Below, one piece after another: positions 12,293-25,489 of a stretch of DNA of 64,000 nt. Origin of the DNA: Raillietiella orientalis. Its lineage: Eukaryota. Each line of letters opens with the position of its first letter. The first letter of the stretch is position 1. A program made the position numbers and the translations under genes. The stretch is taken from the NCBI GenBank assembly GCA_036172245.1, contig JAYWIR010000021.1, positions 1,798,001-1,862,000 of the forward strand, given 5' to 3'. The notes below the pieces were generated by a model. It had not been told where the DNA came from, ran no database searches, and saw nothing but the letters and a program-made list of their open reading frames with translations.

Positions 12293-15200
12293 ATGAATTC
12301 AGAAATAGTTTCAGAAAATTGTAAGAACTCCAAAATACCTGAATCTAGCAAAACGATGCATACTTTAAAAAGAAGCCTCAACAACATGTGGAAAATTCTA
12401 ATCAGAAAACCTGTCATCCATCCAAGAACTTTTAATGTTTCCAGATCAGAAAGCATCACTTTTGAATCCATGACTGGTGCTATCTCAGCTAATGCTTCAC
12501 AAATTGAAAAAGTTGATACAAATTCTGTTAATAGTTCAACATTATTGCCCAGAAATGATCAAACAAAAGAAAACTTGAAGATGCAACCAGAAAACCTTCA
12601 CAATGAGAATACATGCTTGACGGTCAACAGTAATTCATTACAATGTGGAGATGACAAAAATTCACATCCTCCAAGCAAATGCACTAAGTCTAAAGATGTA
12701 AATACCTTTCATTCAGATTCAACATTTGAAAGAAGAGTGCACCCTGCAAGAAAAAAGAAACCTATTCCTCGACCTCCTGATAAAACGCAGCCACAACAAA
12801 TTAATTACAACAGTCTTCCTATTTCATTAAAAAACTCCAGTGAGTCAAAGAATTCCAGAATCTATGTCAAAGGGAAGCGCCCTGCACCTCCCCCACCTTC
12901 TGTTACGAAAAATAATCCTCTGACAAACAACTCCACTGACAGTACCAAGTCTCCACTCCCAAAAGAATCCTTTATAGTAAACTTGCAAGAGAAAACTTTT
13001 AATCCTGTAATGAAACAAAAGTGCAAGGGAAATACAACCTATCCGAAAACACATCAAAAACACTTATTACATAATACAGATGATGATGAGTTTTATCACT
13101 GTCAGTCTTCAGCTGTAAATCCTGCAGAACTGCCATCCTCAGTTCCAACAGAAATACTGTCCAATTCAACAGCTTCTAATTCATATAACATTCAACCACA
13201 AAATATGAATGCACTGGATAAGGAATGTGAAATATTCGTGAATCCTCTTGATGTAATAAATATAAAAAAATGTCTCGAAAAAGAAAAGGATTTCCCTATT
13301 CAGCAATCTGACCAGTATCTAAAAAAAATACAGGATGGATTGCTATTGGAAACTAAAGCTATACTTAGGTCAAGTATCACTAACAATACACCTAATGAAC
13401 ACAGCAATATAGAACTACTTCAAAGTATTTATTCTTCACCTAATTTATGTTGCTTTATGGAGCAGGATTCAAACTCTCTGAGTCTCCCCAAACGTGCATT
13501 CATAGAAGCTCCAGAAAAATATATTTTGTATAAATCGGCAGTGCTATCTTCTGAATTATCTCAACTAATGGAAGTACGTTCCTGCTTGGCTGCTAGCATA
13601 AGTAATCGTCAGAGTAACAGAAAATCAACACACAACATAAAAAAATCTGAAAAATGCTTCACCAATTCATTACAGGATAGTGATTTTAAACTTTCTGAAG
13701 CTTTTCATGCAAGTGCAATCCCTAAAAAGGAACTAAAATGTGATCGACTTCACATGAATAAAAATAAATCACCTTTGTTGGGTGATGATGTGGCAATGAG
13801 CTCAGATAAGAGGGTGTGCAGTCTGTGCTCAAGTTTTAATATGACAAATTCACACATCTGCAGTTTCTGTTGTAGTAAACAAAAAAGGATGGAAAATAAC
13901 AAAGAAAGGCAGAATCGTTTTCCAGAAGCTATAATCACCACTTCTGAAAGAAAGGTGTCTCCCAAAAGAAATCAGTTGATAACTGGTTCCTCGAAAATGG
14001 AAATCCCAAACGTATCACAATTGGCTTGTACTTCGAATAACTCCCTAGATGAGGAAATTACTATCCCAACACATGATGAGAATAAGAAACAATTCAACCA
14101 TGTTCAAAGCATTGATTGTAGTGAAGAAGGCAAAAATACTAAAGGGTTGTGTTCTACAAGTGTTGAGAACATAATGACTTCTTTCCCTGGTGAAACAGGT
14201 GCAGAAAAAGTGGTGCACAAATCTACTTTTCAAAAAAACGCTTCTCCACAAACAGAAAACTCTGATATCATGAGAAAAAGTTCTAGAAAGCCATCAATGC
14301 AATTTTCCATGATTCCATATGATGAGAATTTGACACACAATAGAGTGCTCTCTGATTTCCATCATACACACACAAAAAAAATTAATCAGAAAATGTCTTA
14401 TCAAATGATCCCAGACTCCCAAAATAAAATTCCTTCTGAATCCTCACTTCCATCTTCCACTGTTCTCCCTACTTTTCATGGATATAGCCCATTGCAGAAT
14501 AACTGCTGCTCATACAACTCTCAGGTCTCATTGGTAGAGGAATCACCCTGCTGTCCATTTAAGCTACCCACACTAGCTTATGAGTTACCAAAAAGTAAGT
14601 AATAAAATCTACATTCTTAGTCTATTCTTTTGCATGCAGATGCAGTTTCAGTTATGAATCAAAGTGCAGCTCACTCACTAAATTCTAATATATCTCCATC
14701 TAGACTTCCTCCTGTTCCGTACGTATGCATCTTATTTTTTTCACATAATTATTTCAATGATATAATTTTGGAAGGATGATCATGACAGTGGAAGGACCTG
14801 GTTATTGCTGGGGACCTCTGAAATTATTTTTTTCTCCTGACATCAGCCTACTGGAATTACAATGTATTTTTGAACGTGTCTTGCATATACCTATTGATTC
14901 CCAACAATGGGTGCTCAACCATCAATTAGCTACAGATGGAGATCGTTCTTTGGCTAGTTTTGGGCTGTCCTCTAATGGTCATGCTTGTTTACATGTAACA
15001 GCAGAAGATCTGCATTGTACTGATGTTAACTACCAGCAAGATGAAAAAGAAAAAGGTTATAAAACACTACTGATGGCAGAAATGCAAAATGGACCTATTG
15101 CCAGTGCAGAATCTTTTGAATGTCTCATTTGTTTGTCTCATGTGCATAAAGGATCAGGAATTGTCTTGAGGGAGTGTCTGCACAATTTTTGCAGGTAACT

Positions 15201-15708
15201 GTCCACAAATACTTAGGACAGAACTAAAAGAATCTGAATTTAATTTTTCTTGGTATGGCTGAGCATTCAGTGATTTGTCTTGAACTTGCAGATCCTGTTT
15301 AGAAGACACCATTCGTCTCTGTGATAAAGCAGCAATACCATGTCCTTTCCAAAATGAAAAATATTCATGCACATCCACTCTTCAGGATCAAGAAGTTCGA
15401 GGATTAGTGTCATCTGATTTGTATGAGCATTATCTGCAACGCTCTCTCCGTTCTGTACCTATGTTCAAATGTCAGACACCAGATTGCAATGGTCAATGGC
15501 TAATAGACAGAGACATTACTCAGTCCATTTGCCCACTGTGTCATAAGAACAACTGCTTTGCTTGCCAAGCTATTCATGATGGCCTTTCATGTAAACAGTA
15601 TCAACAGTTAATTGAAAATGGCACACAGGATACATGCAAGACTACTACTATTATTCAGGTTGGAGTAAATTAAAATACAAGTATACTTTCCAGGATTTAT
15701 TATCTTGA
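12293..15708 (+). CDS. RBCK1: HOIL-1/RBCK1-like RBR-family protein: long disordered N-terminus with NZF-like finger, UBL, RING1 and IBR; truncated before RING2; 5' end unresolved
   Basis: Phase-compatible GT-AG exons ~12293-14594, 14640-14718, 14775-15194, 15292-15658 and 15694-. UBL 'IPIDSQQWVLNHQLATD...SLASFGL'; RING1 'ECLICLS...IVLRECLHNFCRSCLEDTI...CPF...YSC'; IBR 'CQTPDCNG...CPLCHKNNCFACQAIHDGLSCKQYQ'; NZF-like 'CSLCSSFN...CSFC' at ~13815-13870. The symbol indicates family membership; orthology is untested. Confidence 0.85.
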
Positions 15709-15878
15709 GAAAAAGCATTACATCTGCAGTATCAAATGATTTTTCTTGGTACAATGTGCAAATCTGAAATCTGTTAAGGGACCTCAATAGGACTCCAAAG
15801 AAAAGAGACAGATCTGATAATTGCAGATGTGATGTAAATGGTGTACAGTGTCATTCTATGTGTGATTATTGTCACTAA
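15694..15878 (+). pseudogene. Disabled RING2/C-terminal exon of the HOIL-1-like gene
   Basis: In-frame TGA at 15706-15708. 'TMCKSEIC*' and, in another frame, 'CRCDVNGVQCHSMCDYCH*' match the HOIL-1 C-terminus. The KxxGCDW catalytic segment is absent. Confidence 0.8.
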
Positions 15879-18479
15879 GGGGACGATTTTATAAGGTGCT
15901 TTGAGTTAATCTAATGAACTGGGTACTAATTCAAAATTCATGCTTTATCTAAGAATGTTATCCATGAATCCATGAAAACTTATACATGAGATTTTTCAAC
16001 AATGGGAATTAGTTCAGAGGCCTCTTAATTACTTTGTTAAATAGCAATTTTTATTATTAATTACAAACGAAATACAAATACGAATGATCTGTGGAAATAG
16101 CCCTTTCAAATACGGTATTTGACAATAAAGTAAGGAAAACGGAAACAGGAAACACTTGTGGGGTAAAAATCGTAACAAACACCCGGGTAAGAAATTGTAT
16201 TCCCCAAGAATATGCATTATTTTAAAAATTTAAAAGATTATACAGCATTTTACGATCTTAGCATTTTGTGGAAGGTCGGCAAAAAAAAAACTAATTTTAC
16301 GTAATGTAAAAAAAAACCAACCTTTGGTCACTGTGTCGTGAAACACTCCATGCACTCATTTGCAACGATCCCCATGCAGAAGCTGGTTTGAAAGTTATTA
16401 AGCAGACCTCTTCGTTGTCGTCCGCGCCACAGACCCCCCAGGACGCACATACATTTCGGCGGTACATACACTAATTCTCAGAAGACTGTAAAAAAGGCTG
16501 GTGCTGAATAAATTTATTGAAGTAACAGCTCAGCAAATACATTTACAATGACACTGTTGGAGAGTTTTACAAACACATTACCATCCAGAAATGAAATGTG
16601 AAATTAACCTTTTGTATAGCCAAACCTATTAAACCTGGAAACTTATTCTCACGGAAAATTCGAACTGTGCCGTTTCCATGCCATCTTCACCCAAACATTG
16701 TGACCTGCAGGCATCGTTGATGGCTTGACCCCGCTCTTGCGGAGTGCCACTTGTGGGAGGAGGGAACACATTCCTTACGACTTTTTAAATCGAAGAGCGT
16801 GTAGATTGAATAAATGAGAAACACATGACAAAAGCCTTATAAAATCTGTCACTTCGATTAGTACGTACGTATTTCGATTCCCATTAAAGAGTACTGAAAC
16901 GGTGACAACAGCAGTGCATAGATGACTATTGACCAATAATATGTGCAAATTTTGTAGAAGAAAAAAGCATCCATAACAAGTCGACTATGAAATTTATGAA
17001 CTGTCATAACGAGGTGCCATGAAAATAACTAATGTTCAGCTGCAACTTGGCATATAATTGTAAATCAAACAAAAATAAAGGCTCCAAGCGAGAAAGCACT
17101 TGGCTTAAATTGTTCCTATATTTCAGTAAATTGTATTTCAGCACCACATACTAATTCAAAAATTAATCTGTTGAATTCAAATCACGACTTATTTAGATTT
17201 ATCGATCCATCTTCACTGGCATTACAAATTTTCAGATTTTAATTACCGATCTTGAAAATGGGAGACAAGGAAAATGGGCTATTAATTAATTGATGGAAAT
17301 GAAAAGCTGATGTATAAGGAAATCCATATTCAATCTTTTTAAAAGTTTCCTATCAATTAAGGGCATATGTTGCTTTCAGAAGTATTAAATCTATCTCTAG
17401 TTTCTTTTAGCAGAACACACCTTCAAAATTCGTACAAACATGAGCATCCTTCCGATTGGATTATTTCTGAAATTGTAAGAATTCCCAATTTCAGCTACAA
17501 ATTTGGATACTATAAATGCAATAGAAGGTGCAATACAAATTGCGTTGTTTTCAAAGGTAAATTTTTAAACGAGATAGGCCATTCGCTGTGAAAAAAACAG
17601 AGGTTCGAACTTCTGTATGGATTGATCTAATTGTCCTAACTTGGATTTTGTCCTCCTTCAAAATTTCATATTTACATTAAATTCTTATCTGTTTATAGCC
17701 CAAAGTTTTATTTTAAAATTTCTCGCATGAAAGCTAATAAGTATGATAGTAAATGAGCAACACTAGCTTTCAGTCTGGCTTGGCATATAGACTTGAGTAA
17801 CCTCTTATTTACGCTCGACATCCGATTTTGCTAGTAAACTATACGGCTGAAGCTATTAGATGTGGCGTATCTGTTTCATGCACTCGTGCTTATTAAATTC
17901 CCCTTCCTAGAAAAAATAAAGCTTGGTTCTAAGCGAAGAAAGGGACGATGACTTGTTGAGAGTGGGTCTTGGAGATATCTCTCCGTGAGGGCTTCGTCGG
18001 AGCAGGCAAAGTGCGACTTTCATGCTCGGCGGCAGGAGACACCGTTTGCGACGGAGAGGCTATAATCCGATTAGAATGCTGGAGACGAGCTTAAGATTAG
18101 CTCACTCTGAATGCAGACAGCAGTAGAGGTTACTTAAGCATGTGCTTGTCTTGGCGCACTTCTGCGTCAGGAAGAGAGCACTGTTGTCGGCCATTCAGGT
18201 TTGAGTGTCTCGCTCCGAAGAGAGCTACCGTTTGGACGCAGGATCCATTTGTAGTGCGGCATCCCCAATGCGTAGCTGCTCTGTCCTCTTCCCATCTCAG
18301 TGTATGGGTAACCATCTTTAAGCACTTCTTGAAAACTCAAGTGAGGCGCCCGTGCTCAGGTGCTAACACAAGCACGTGAGCACACATCGAGTGCGCGCCA
18401 CGCCTACTTCAGTCGTTGGCTGCTCCTATTTCTTTTCTTAAGCTTGCCATTGAGATCTGGATTTCCTGGTACCAACGGG

Positions 18480-19290
18480 AAAAGGCAAGGAATGCCTCCA
18501 AATTTCTTCTTCTCTGTTAATCAAGCGACAAGAATGAGACAGTCAGTTTCAAATGTACTTCCTCGTCTCTTCTACATGGAAGAGCAATTTGTCAAAACGC
18601 GAAGCGGGATGCTAACAGAAGTCACGCATAAATCTCATCTCAGATGTAGAGTTCCGATCTATGAAGAGACCCGTCACTTTTATATTGCATTATTTGTTAT
18701 TCATTGGACGTGCAGAGAGCTTTCAGGATATCTTCCTGAAACCTCTCTACGTTGTCTCTTGCACTTTATGCATTCACAAATCTCAGCTACATTGGAAAGT
18801 GCATATCCGGAGAGATTCTGCGGCATCTTCGAGATTATTCAATAAAATACTTGCAGATCAAAAGAAACCTGTCAGCATTCGATCCTCCTAGAACACAAAA
18901 AATATTCTTTTCCGAGGACATCCGTGTGCCTCAAATACAAACTCGGAGGGTGCTGAGAGAACAGAAGTTACTGGTAACGAGAAGTTCTGAACAATGGATA
19001 TCCCAGCCGTTATGCGAAGGAAAAAATTCTTCCTGATGTGGAAGATGAGTGGATAGTGGAGGAGACAGCAAGTTGCTGCGCTCGGCATCTAAAAAATGAA
19101 TTCGGTATCTCGAATATAGAAATAATAAAAAAACAGATATCGAATGACCAGGAAACTATTCTCAGTAATAAGTGGGTAGAATTTATGCAAAAGTTTCTTT
19201 TCCCTTGCAAAATCTGTAATTGGTTTCGAAAGACAGATGCAACTGTACTACAAAAAAAAGAAAAAGAAAACATGATCTCCAATAGCTGAA
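18480..19290 (+). mobile_element. Possible decayed MULE-like transposase fragment
   Basis: 'ELSGYLPETSLRCLLHFMHSQI' resembles the MULE 'FP......C.FH..Q' motif. It is a single motif in broken ORFs. Confidence 0.2.
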
Positions 19291-21639
19291 GCATTCTGAT
19301 CGACCTATGTGCTTCTTCGTCCAGAGCTGTTTCAACTTTTCAACAGACATTCTGAAATTGCTTTTTAGAAACTTATGAAGTTCAACATTTTTGTTATAAA
19401 TTAGATGAATCTTTTTAACGTAAATTCTAGGTTTTTATTGAATCAGCATAAATATTCGTTGCTAATATGCACATTTAAACATAGGCAGTACAATCCATAT
19501 TGCTTTTTTTTGTTTTTTTGACATTTCACTTTCCCTTTTTTAAACACGGAAAGTTCATAAATTTCAAGGGAACTATAGCATTATAATGCTATAATTTCTT
19601 GGTACTTTAGGAATTTCAAGGGTAAGTACTTTGAAAATTAGGATGACACTCCCTTAGGAATAATTGAGAACAAGCAATCACCCTAATGATCGATATACCT
19701 GGAAAAAGCTGCCCGCATTTATTACTAATAAAGACGACACATTAAGCAATTACCAAAGATTTCATTGCTAATATCATGTTTCCTAGCTCTGTAAGTCCAA
19801 ACCCTCCAGAATCTGTGGATCAGATCTTGCGAACAAAAGATCGATATTTTTTCGCTCATTTAAATGCACCAAAATGAATCGAGTAATTAGCCACAACATT
19901 TTTTTTATTATATCCGTTTCCCTCCAATTTGTCCCGCAAGCACAATGCTTTTGTGTTCCGTCTGTCACTCTACTAGCTGCTTACTAATGCAATGCAGAGA
20001 TGCAGCAGCGGTACATACACCGACTCGGAAATGCAACTCAGTTCTATTTGGCTCTGAGAATCGAACTAACCATCTGATCACTGATTAGCAGTATTTTTCC
20101 TAAGGTATGTTCAGCATAAAGGACATGTCCCAAAATGCTGAAGCCGTTCTGCCTATGCTTCTCTGAGCGAAGTTTTTAAACTCTTTGCGTGGTCTGATAT
20201 TATGTTCACACCATCTTACTCACAAAGAAAGGAACGAACTTCTCTGGAAGAGTCTCGAGAATACAATGCCATGGTTGCTTCTGCTGCCATGGTTCGCTGA
20301 TCCTGTGATCGAAGTGCTCTTCTTCTCTTTCACTACCTGTGCATTTTCTGGTCGTGTGTATGTTGCTTCAGTAAGTCATGAGGGTTTGTAACTTTTAAGG
20401 GCAAAAAGCAAGCCAGTCAGCACAATAAACTTTCTTCGTTTTCTTTTAGTATCTTCACCGAGATTCCGTCTTAACCTTGATGAGAGGCTGCTAATTTATC
20501 TGAGTCTCCTTTTGCTGAGTATTTAAATATTGTTAGCCAGTGAAGAAAACACATCTGAAGGATGGAACCCCGAGGGTGTGATAATTTTCAGTGAAGGAAA
20601 AGCGGTTCCAGGAATATAAAGAAATGGTTTCAGTTATTTAGGAAAACGTCTTGGTGTTTTTTTTTTGTAATTGGTGGAACTGAGAAACATCAATCTTTGT
20701 TTTGGTAAGGGACACTACCGAAAAGAATGAGAAAATGTTCGATAGTCAATTTCCCATGTGGATTTAAAGGTAATTTAAAATATAAGAGAGATTGCAGGAT
20801 GGTGAATGTATAAAAAATTGAATATTCATAGCATTCATAGAACACACAAACGCATACAATTTGTGAGCATGAAAATCCATAAAAACCGTTTTTCATGTCG
20901 ATTCTAGCAAGTAATGTTAGAATATATCTCGTTACGTGAACTAATCTTAAGTTTACAAATAACCACTGGAATGTCTTTCCATTGATCCAAACTGCACTAC
21001 AGGCTTACTGGAAGGTTTCGGATTGTAGGAAAATAACCTTCTGTAGCCTAGAAGATTAATTTTCTTTTGGTATCTGCTGCTCTTGGCGCTCATTTGCATG
21101 ACCCTTGTGGTTTTCGAAATGTAATCAACTTCCTCACTATGCGGCTTGCTAATATAAATCTACTACCTAAGCTAATAATTGAACTGGTGAACTTGGAGGA
21201 CATAGATATGACATTGGAAAAAAAAATCTTAAACATTAAGAATTTGGCATTCGCTGTGTAGAAAATTGTAGCTCAGAGCACAATTCTTAAATGGCCGTAG
21301 TGTCCACTGTAGTAGTTCCCTGTTCTAGAGACTCTCTGAAAGAGAAATTATGTGTCATGGCTTCCGTTCTATCTAGGATAAAATTCGAATTTTGCATGGA
21401 AGAAGAAGTAACGTCAAACTGTAATGGGCTGACGACCCCTTTTTTCTCCCCAGCATATACTTTCGATTTCGTGTTCAAGAGGATTCTAATTTATTGTGCT
21501 GCTTTAACTGCCATTGGAATGTTTCCGTTCAAAAAGATGCTTTCGAAAAAGGAAAATCAGGATGATGCTGGAGCATGGGGATGCTTTCAAAAAGTCCATT
21601 CTGTACCAAATCCGAATTTCACCCATCTCTTACGATTCA

Positions 21640-22290
21640 CGTGCTGGCATCCCTGGAGGTGTACGCGCTCCGCCCGCGAGCGTCCACGGAGCGTGTGAAC
21701 ATTGCGGAGCGAGCTGCCCCGCAGTGCTGCTGTAACGGCGAGTGTACAGCGTCCGTCGTACCGTACCTATCGCGTTGTGAATAAAGACAGAAAATCGGAA
21801 ACGTGCATTTTGCCGTAAATACATTTTGTTATTAATGCACGATCCCACTTAACCGATGTGCTGGGTGTGTTCGCCTGCTCCACGTCTGCGCTGGCACCGT
21901 CCAGGAAATGCAGAGCAGTATTATTGGGTGTGCCGGACTGTTTTTTTTTTTTTTTTGCAAAGTGGCCGAATACGTGGGCCGTGATGGTTTTTGCCGGAAG
22001 CCAGCGCCAAGCACTTCGAAAGTTTGACCCTTAATTGCAACTTCGGTGAACGGAACGTGCGTCAGGGCGACATGGTTTACGGTTCGAGGTCACTGCCGGA
22101 TTTGCAAGTGAGAATGACCCGAGGTCTGGGTGATCCACGGTCGGAGTGCCACAGGCATCGGAACCCGGATGGAACGTACAAATGCCTGCTCAACCGTGTC
22201 TCAAGCTCGGCCTTCTTCAACCGAAAAGGAGTGCTGGGGCAGAGCGTGGAGGATTCGAACCATGGTAAACCTTCAGATTTACGGCTTTAG
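21640..22290 (+). mobile_element. LTR retrotransposon (Gypsy-like) remnant: LTR-like segment plus gag fragment
   Basis: CpG-rich island in AT-rich DNA with AATAAA at ~21780, followed by 'FESLTLNCNFGERNVRQGDMVYG...DLQVRM', which resembles gag 'L..LA..C.FG...RD..V.G...Q.RL'. Confidence 0.4.
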
Positions 22291-23172
22291 GTGGAAACGC
22301 GGGAGTTTTTTTAAAGTAACTTGTATATTTGAAAAATAGTGAAAAAGCATCTTAGGGAAACTTCTTCAAACCAAGAGAATTTTGAATGCCCTGTTAGTGG
22401 AGCCAAGAATGGGAATCAACCACTTGCAGGTGGGATGCAGTTTCCATCATTTTTGTACCAGGTATGCAGCTGCTGCTTCAGCGAAGGATAGATTGTTTTT
22501 GTGCACGCCTCTTGTGATCGTGGTGTTGGTTTTGACGTTATACATAACTCCTTTGAATTTAGAAATTCTTTATCTTTCACTTGGTTGATGATTAAAAAAA
22601 AAAAAGAAGTGCATTCGATTGGATTTATGAAAATGCACACTTGGCATAGTGTATATGTCCGGACTTACATGACCGTTTTCTGAAATATTAGAACATTACC
22701 TAATTTTAAAAACAAATCAGTGAAACGTCATTTAAGAGTTGTAAGGGCATTACTTCCTCAACAAATGCATAAATAAATATATGAATTTGGCTCTTTATTA
22801 TTTCATCATGGACGTGTTTAGTGCATCATCATATGTAAATAGGATGCTATGCAAAATAAATGGCTTACTCTTTTTATTAATACATCAATTTATTTGTGAA
22901 TTAATCAAAACACCTCTGCGGAAGAAAACACTGATTTAAATTGTTTTTACACATTATATTATTTATCAAGAACTCATGCAAATATTCCTAAAGCTACTCA
23001 TGTACACAGGGAAATTATGATTATAGCTTATTTGTTAAATCATTTTGCAAGTTAAGTTATGCATCTGATAGAGTGCAGAACATTTACCATGTAACTATGC
23101 TGCACAAAAGTGATAGCAAACTTTTATAAAAGATGGAATATTGAAATTGTATTTTATTCCATTATGTTGCAG

Positions 23173-24790
23173 TTACTTACCCAAGAACAAGTAACACAGA
23201 TAGTGGAAGCTTGCCAAGAAGAAATACAACAAGAAATAAGAATAGTAGAAGAGGAACTTAACCATTATTCAGATAGTGCAGAAGCTCTTCACATAGCTGA
23301 GCACAAAAATGAAAAAGATCATTCTAAAATAGATGTGCAAGATAAGCAAGTTAAAAAATCAACTATGAGACAAAAGTCTGTAAATAATTCACATCCGATC
23401 CAGATTTGTAGCAATAGTGAAAAGAATGTTAAGTGTTTTACAAAGCACTCAAAATATGCAAGCATATCTAAAACAGAACCTGACCAAATTCAACAGCTGC
23501 AGCGTTGTCGTGAAGATATTAATAAGGAACTTGGACAAATTAAGAGATTAGTGACTTCCAGAAACCTACCTGTTCCTGCAAAGGATATTAAGGATGCTCA
23601 ACGTCGCAAAAAGAAAACTGCAGGGATAAAAGTAAAACTAGCTAGTACTCTGTATCAGTTTCGATGTTTGGTGGAGGAACTTGGATCACATGTTGGCCAG
23701 GATGACAGGAACTTCAAGAGAGCTTACATGGGGAAAATTTTACTTGGACATAAACTTGCTCTACGTATTCTGCAGGTAAGTATTCTCTTTTAAATCTCAA
23801 AATTTACTTTCAGCATCACAAGATGCTTATATTATACATTCCTGATTGTGAAGACCAACCATCTTTGATGCAACATTTCCAAAACTTTGTGTGCATTCTC
23901 AAACACTTGTGTCATATTGTGAGCTCTGCTGGCTTAGACTGCAACAATGCTGTACACAAGCACTTGCTCACATGGGTATAAAAAACTCTCACAAAACCAA
24001 TATAATACTTTGTTAGGACCAACACAGCTTCAATGTAACAAGACAGCATGCAAATGTACCTGCTGCTACTGAACAAAACCCTAAAAATCGAAAACCTATA
24101 AAGCATCTGTATGTATTACTCTTGTTTGACTCCTTCAACAAATGAACTATGTCACAGGAAATCAGGTGTGAACATAACTGCCAAAGAGAGTGCACTTGGC
24201 AAATTCCATCTTGGAAAACCTGAGAACCACGACTTGCTTCACTCACAGCATGGTACTAAAGAATTGAAAAGTCACAAATCATTACCAGTGGACCCAGTCC
24301 AAACAGAAGAAGGTTTGAAAAAACACCTGGATAACGAACACGTGAAATCCATTGAGTTAATTGATTTAATGCTAAACAGGTTACAGAAGACTAGTTAATT
24401 AGAAAAAGGAATCTTTTCTTTCTTTCTAGATTAACTTTCATTGAAAGAAATACAAAAATGGTGGAGCAGCACCTGCAAACATTGCCTGCCATTCCTAACT
24501 CTCAAGATAATGAACAGCATTCTTATTTTGATCTACAATCTGTTCAGAAGAACAAACACAGTGATGCAAATGTTGTAGTTCGTAAAAATGATGTTCAGCA
24601 AGCAAGCATCAGTGTCTTTGAAGAACTGGGTGATATTGTGCTAGAAGAATTGCTCACAGATATGGAACATGAACTCTTACAACAAGATGAGAAATTAATA
24701 TGCAGCCTTTTGGCACATGAATTCCGTTTGCTGGGAACAAACTCGAGTTCTCTTTGGGTTCCTGAACACTTATTCCCAACTCTTAATTAA
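23173..24790 (+). CDS. KIAA0753: Moonraker (KIAA0753/OFIP)-like centriolar coiled-coil protein, compact version; 5' exon(s) unresolved (candidate 23010-23090)
   Basis: Phase-compatible exons 23173-23775, 24017-24108, 24158-24379 and 24430-24790. Three blocks resemble moonraker as recalled: 'LASTLYQFRCLVEEL...KRAYMGKILLGHKLALRILQ', 'MLNRLTFIERNTKMVEQ' and C-terminal 'EELGDIVLEELLTDMEHEL...LLAHEF'. Confidence 0.65.
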
Positions 24791-24823
24791 TCCCATAACA
24801 TAACAAACACTTAGACAATCCTT

Positions 24824-25403
24824 TTATGATGTTTCCATAGTCTCTGCAGTGTACTTTCCTTTCTCCTTGCCAAGTGCCCGGCGACGTCCAGCCTCACGAC
24901 GATCCAAAATAGCTCTTCGGTCTTTATCCATCTTTAGTTTGTGAATTACCACCTAAGAAACATGTTATGTGGCTTAAGAAAAACTTAAGCAAATTCAGTC
25001 TTTTCTTTACCCTTTCACCTATTCCAAATGTTTATCCAGTACGATTTGGATCAAATAAAGGGATTTTTTGTTTTTTTTTTTTAACTTGACTTACATTTGA
25101 AGTATGGATTGGCACATACACAGTAGCACCATTGGCCTTTTCTCTTGTGATACGTTCGATGTGAATGGCAAACTTCTTACGGTAAACTTGGACAACTTTT
25201 CCTACTTGTTGTCCTTTATAATGACCACGGACAACTTGCACTTCATCGTCTTTTCGGACAGGCATACTTCGTACATTATACTTTTGTCTTAAATCTTTAG
25301 ATAGGGGTGCGCTCATCAATTTTCGGCGTATATGGGATGGGGCATTGAAATGCCTCTTCCTGTTTTTTCTTCTTGATGAACTCACGAGTTTATTGCATTT
25401 CAT
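24824..25403 (-). CDS. RPL26: 60S ribosomal protein L26 (uL24), 145 aa, two coding exons
   Basis: Exon 25403-25095 ([28 protein letters not shown]...[15 protein letters not shown]...IHTSN), phase-0 GTAAGT...TTAG intron 25094-24953, exon 24952-24824 ([23 protein letters not shown]...[14 protein letters not shown]). Confidence 0.98.
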
Positions 25404-25489
25404 GGTTTAATACTTTCTGACCTCAGTAGGAAAAAATTCGTTATTGCACAGCATATTAAAATTGCCATCAACAATACCGTAAACATTAC

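Noticed and set aside
15706..15708. TGA as selenocysteine or readthrough in the RBR gene
   Set aside because: It is not at a Cys position, and it is followed by more stops, frameshifts and loss of the catalytic segment.
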